Source: Stegostoma tigrinum
Lineage: Eukaryota
DNA length: 64,000 nucleotides
Direction of reading: 5' to 3'
NCBI RefSeq assembly: GCF_030684315.1
Contig: NC_081369.1
Coordinates: 10,020,035-10,084,034, forward strand
The notes beneath the pieces were generated by a model, which saw only the letters and a list, made by a program, of their open reading frames with translations, had not been told where the DNA came from and searched no databases. The translations under genes were made by a program, and so were the position numbers. Below are positions 62,856 through 64,000 of this stretch, in pieces (position 1 is the stretch's first letter; each line of letters opens with the position of its first letter).

Positions 62856-64000
62856 CTGTAAAAGACAATTAATTCAGTTGCTTGATCATAAGGCTAATAC
62901 TCAGACTCATAAACACAGGGTAAATTTATTTCGATGCTATTTATAAAATGTAAAGCAATTTTATGTCCATCTCACAATAGAGTCATGAGACAAAAATTTC
63001 TGCCCTCCACCACCACCAATTCTGCACTAACCTTGAATTTGACACTGCAAGAGAAATAAAGACAAATCGATCTATGCATCATCTATATCTGCAATAGGTG
63101 CTGGAAATGTTCAACCTTAATGTAGAATTGAGATTTTAGTTGGATTTCAGGCGATTTGACAGAATTCTATTCTAGTTTTTCAATCATAAATCGCCCCTCA
63201 GTTAGTGGCAGAAGGCCAGAACTACAGACAAAAAAAGTTTCTGACAGAATCTCTTGTGCACAGACAGTGGCATTCTGGGCACATTGCATGTGATTCCCCT
63301 GTTTATGTAATGCAAACATTTTGCATTGTCTAAATCTAATTCTTTCTATCATAAAAGTCATACTGGCCCAGGTATTCTCCACATGGTCAGAAAATTTACT
63401 TCTACTCCTGGTTGGATTTGACCTCATTAAGATATGTTTAGATGGTTTCCAAGCTGGAAATTCCTGGACAGGACCTCCAGTCTAATCAGAAATCCATGAC
63501 TCAATGAACAAAGTAAAACTTTATAAAAGCCATGTCCCACTTGCAATAATTAGTGCATAGTATTCTGTCCAGCCACTGAGACAACTGCCGTTAAAGACAG
63601 AGAATGTAAAGCAAACGTGGGGTTAAAGGGGCAGTCGGCTCATGGTAGGATACCATGCAGACAATGGAATGCTTAGGTTAGGTTGGTGTTAGTGGTTGTG
63701 GTGTCAGAAACAAGGGGTGGGGGGGGGGGGGGAGATGGTAGAAAAAAGAATAGTGAGGTCCAGTGGCAGGAGGATGGGTTAGATCAGAGAGTGAGCAAGT
63801 GTTTGGTCCAGTAGCAGGGGAGCACAGAGTGACATCTGAAGGCAGGGAAGGAGGGTCAGATCCTAGCAGTCATCAGAGGCAGATGCTGGGTGTCAGGTCC
63901 TGAAGGGTTCTGACCACCATAGGGAAGGGCTATTGGGTCTGGGGTATCAGTCAGGAGTGGGTGTCGGGTCCAAGAGCTTCAGATCAGGTCCTAGAGGTGC

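Noticed and set aside
63714-63733. G-run / G-quadruplex
   Set aside because: Simple homopolymer in repeat-like intronic DNA with no further support.

Overview
Eukaryotic, repeat-rich vertebrate DNA, most likely a cartilaginous fish (shark). That assignment is inferred from the repeat set (HE1/V-SINE-like and Deu-type SINEs, CR1 LINEs, Penelope elements) and the divergent OGFOD1. No prokaryotic features are present. The right half (42.4-62.9 kb, minus strand) holds the last eight coding exons of an intact OGFOD1; its 5' exons lie beyond the window. The left half holds two convergent, disrupted Ig-superfamily receptor genes with a germline-joined VJ-type domain plus a C1 domain. The minus-strand copy (18009-13134) reconstructs into seven exons: leader, VJ, C1, TM and three cytoplasmic exons carrying ITIM/ITSM-like motifs. 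The plus-strand paralogue (203-~7620) is more decayed. Between the two regions are a ~2.6-kb direct duplication with a third partial copy and several palindromic Penelope-like insertions. These carry minimal hammerhead-ribozyme motifs and 12-15 bp target-site duplications, and include a 226-bp double-hammerhead hairpin and a 1.7-kb palindrome. CpG retention is markedly higher left of ~31-33 kb than in the OGFOD1 domain. Exon and TSD coordinates were read by eye from splice signals and frames; boundaries of old repeats are approximate.
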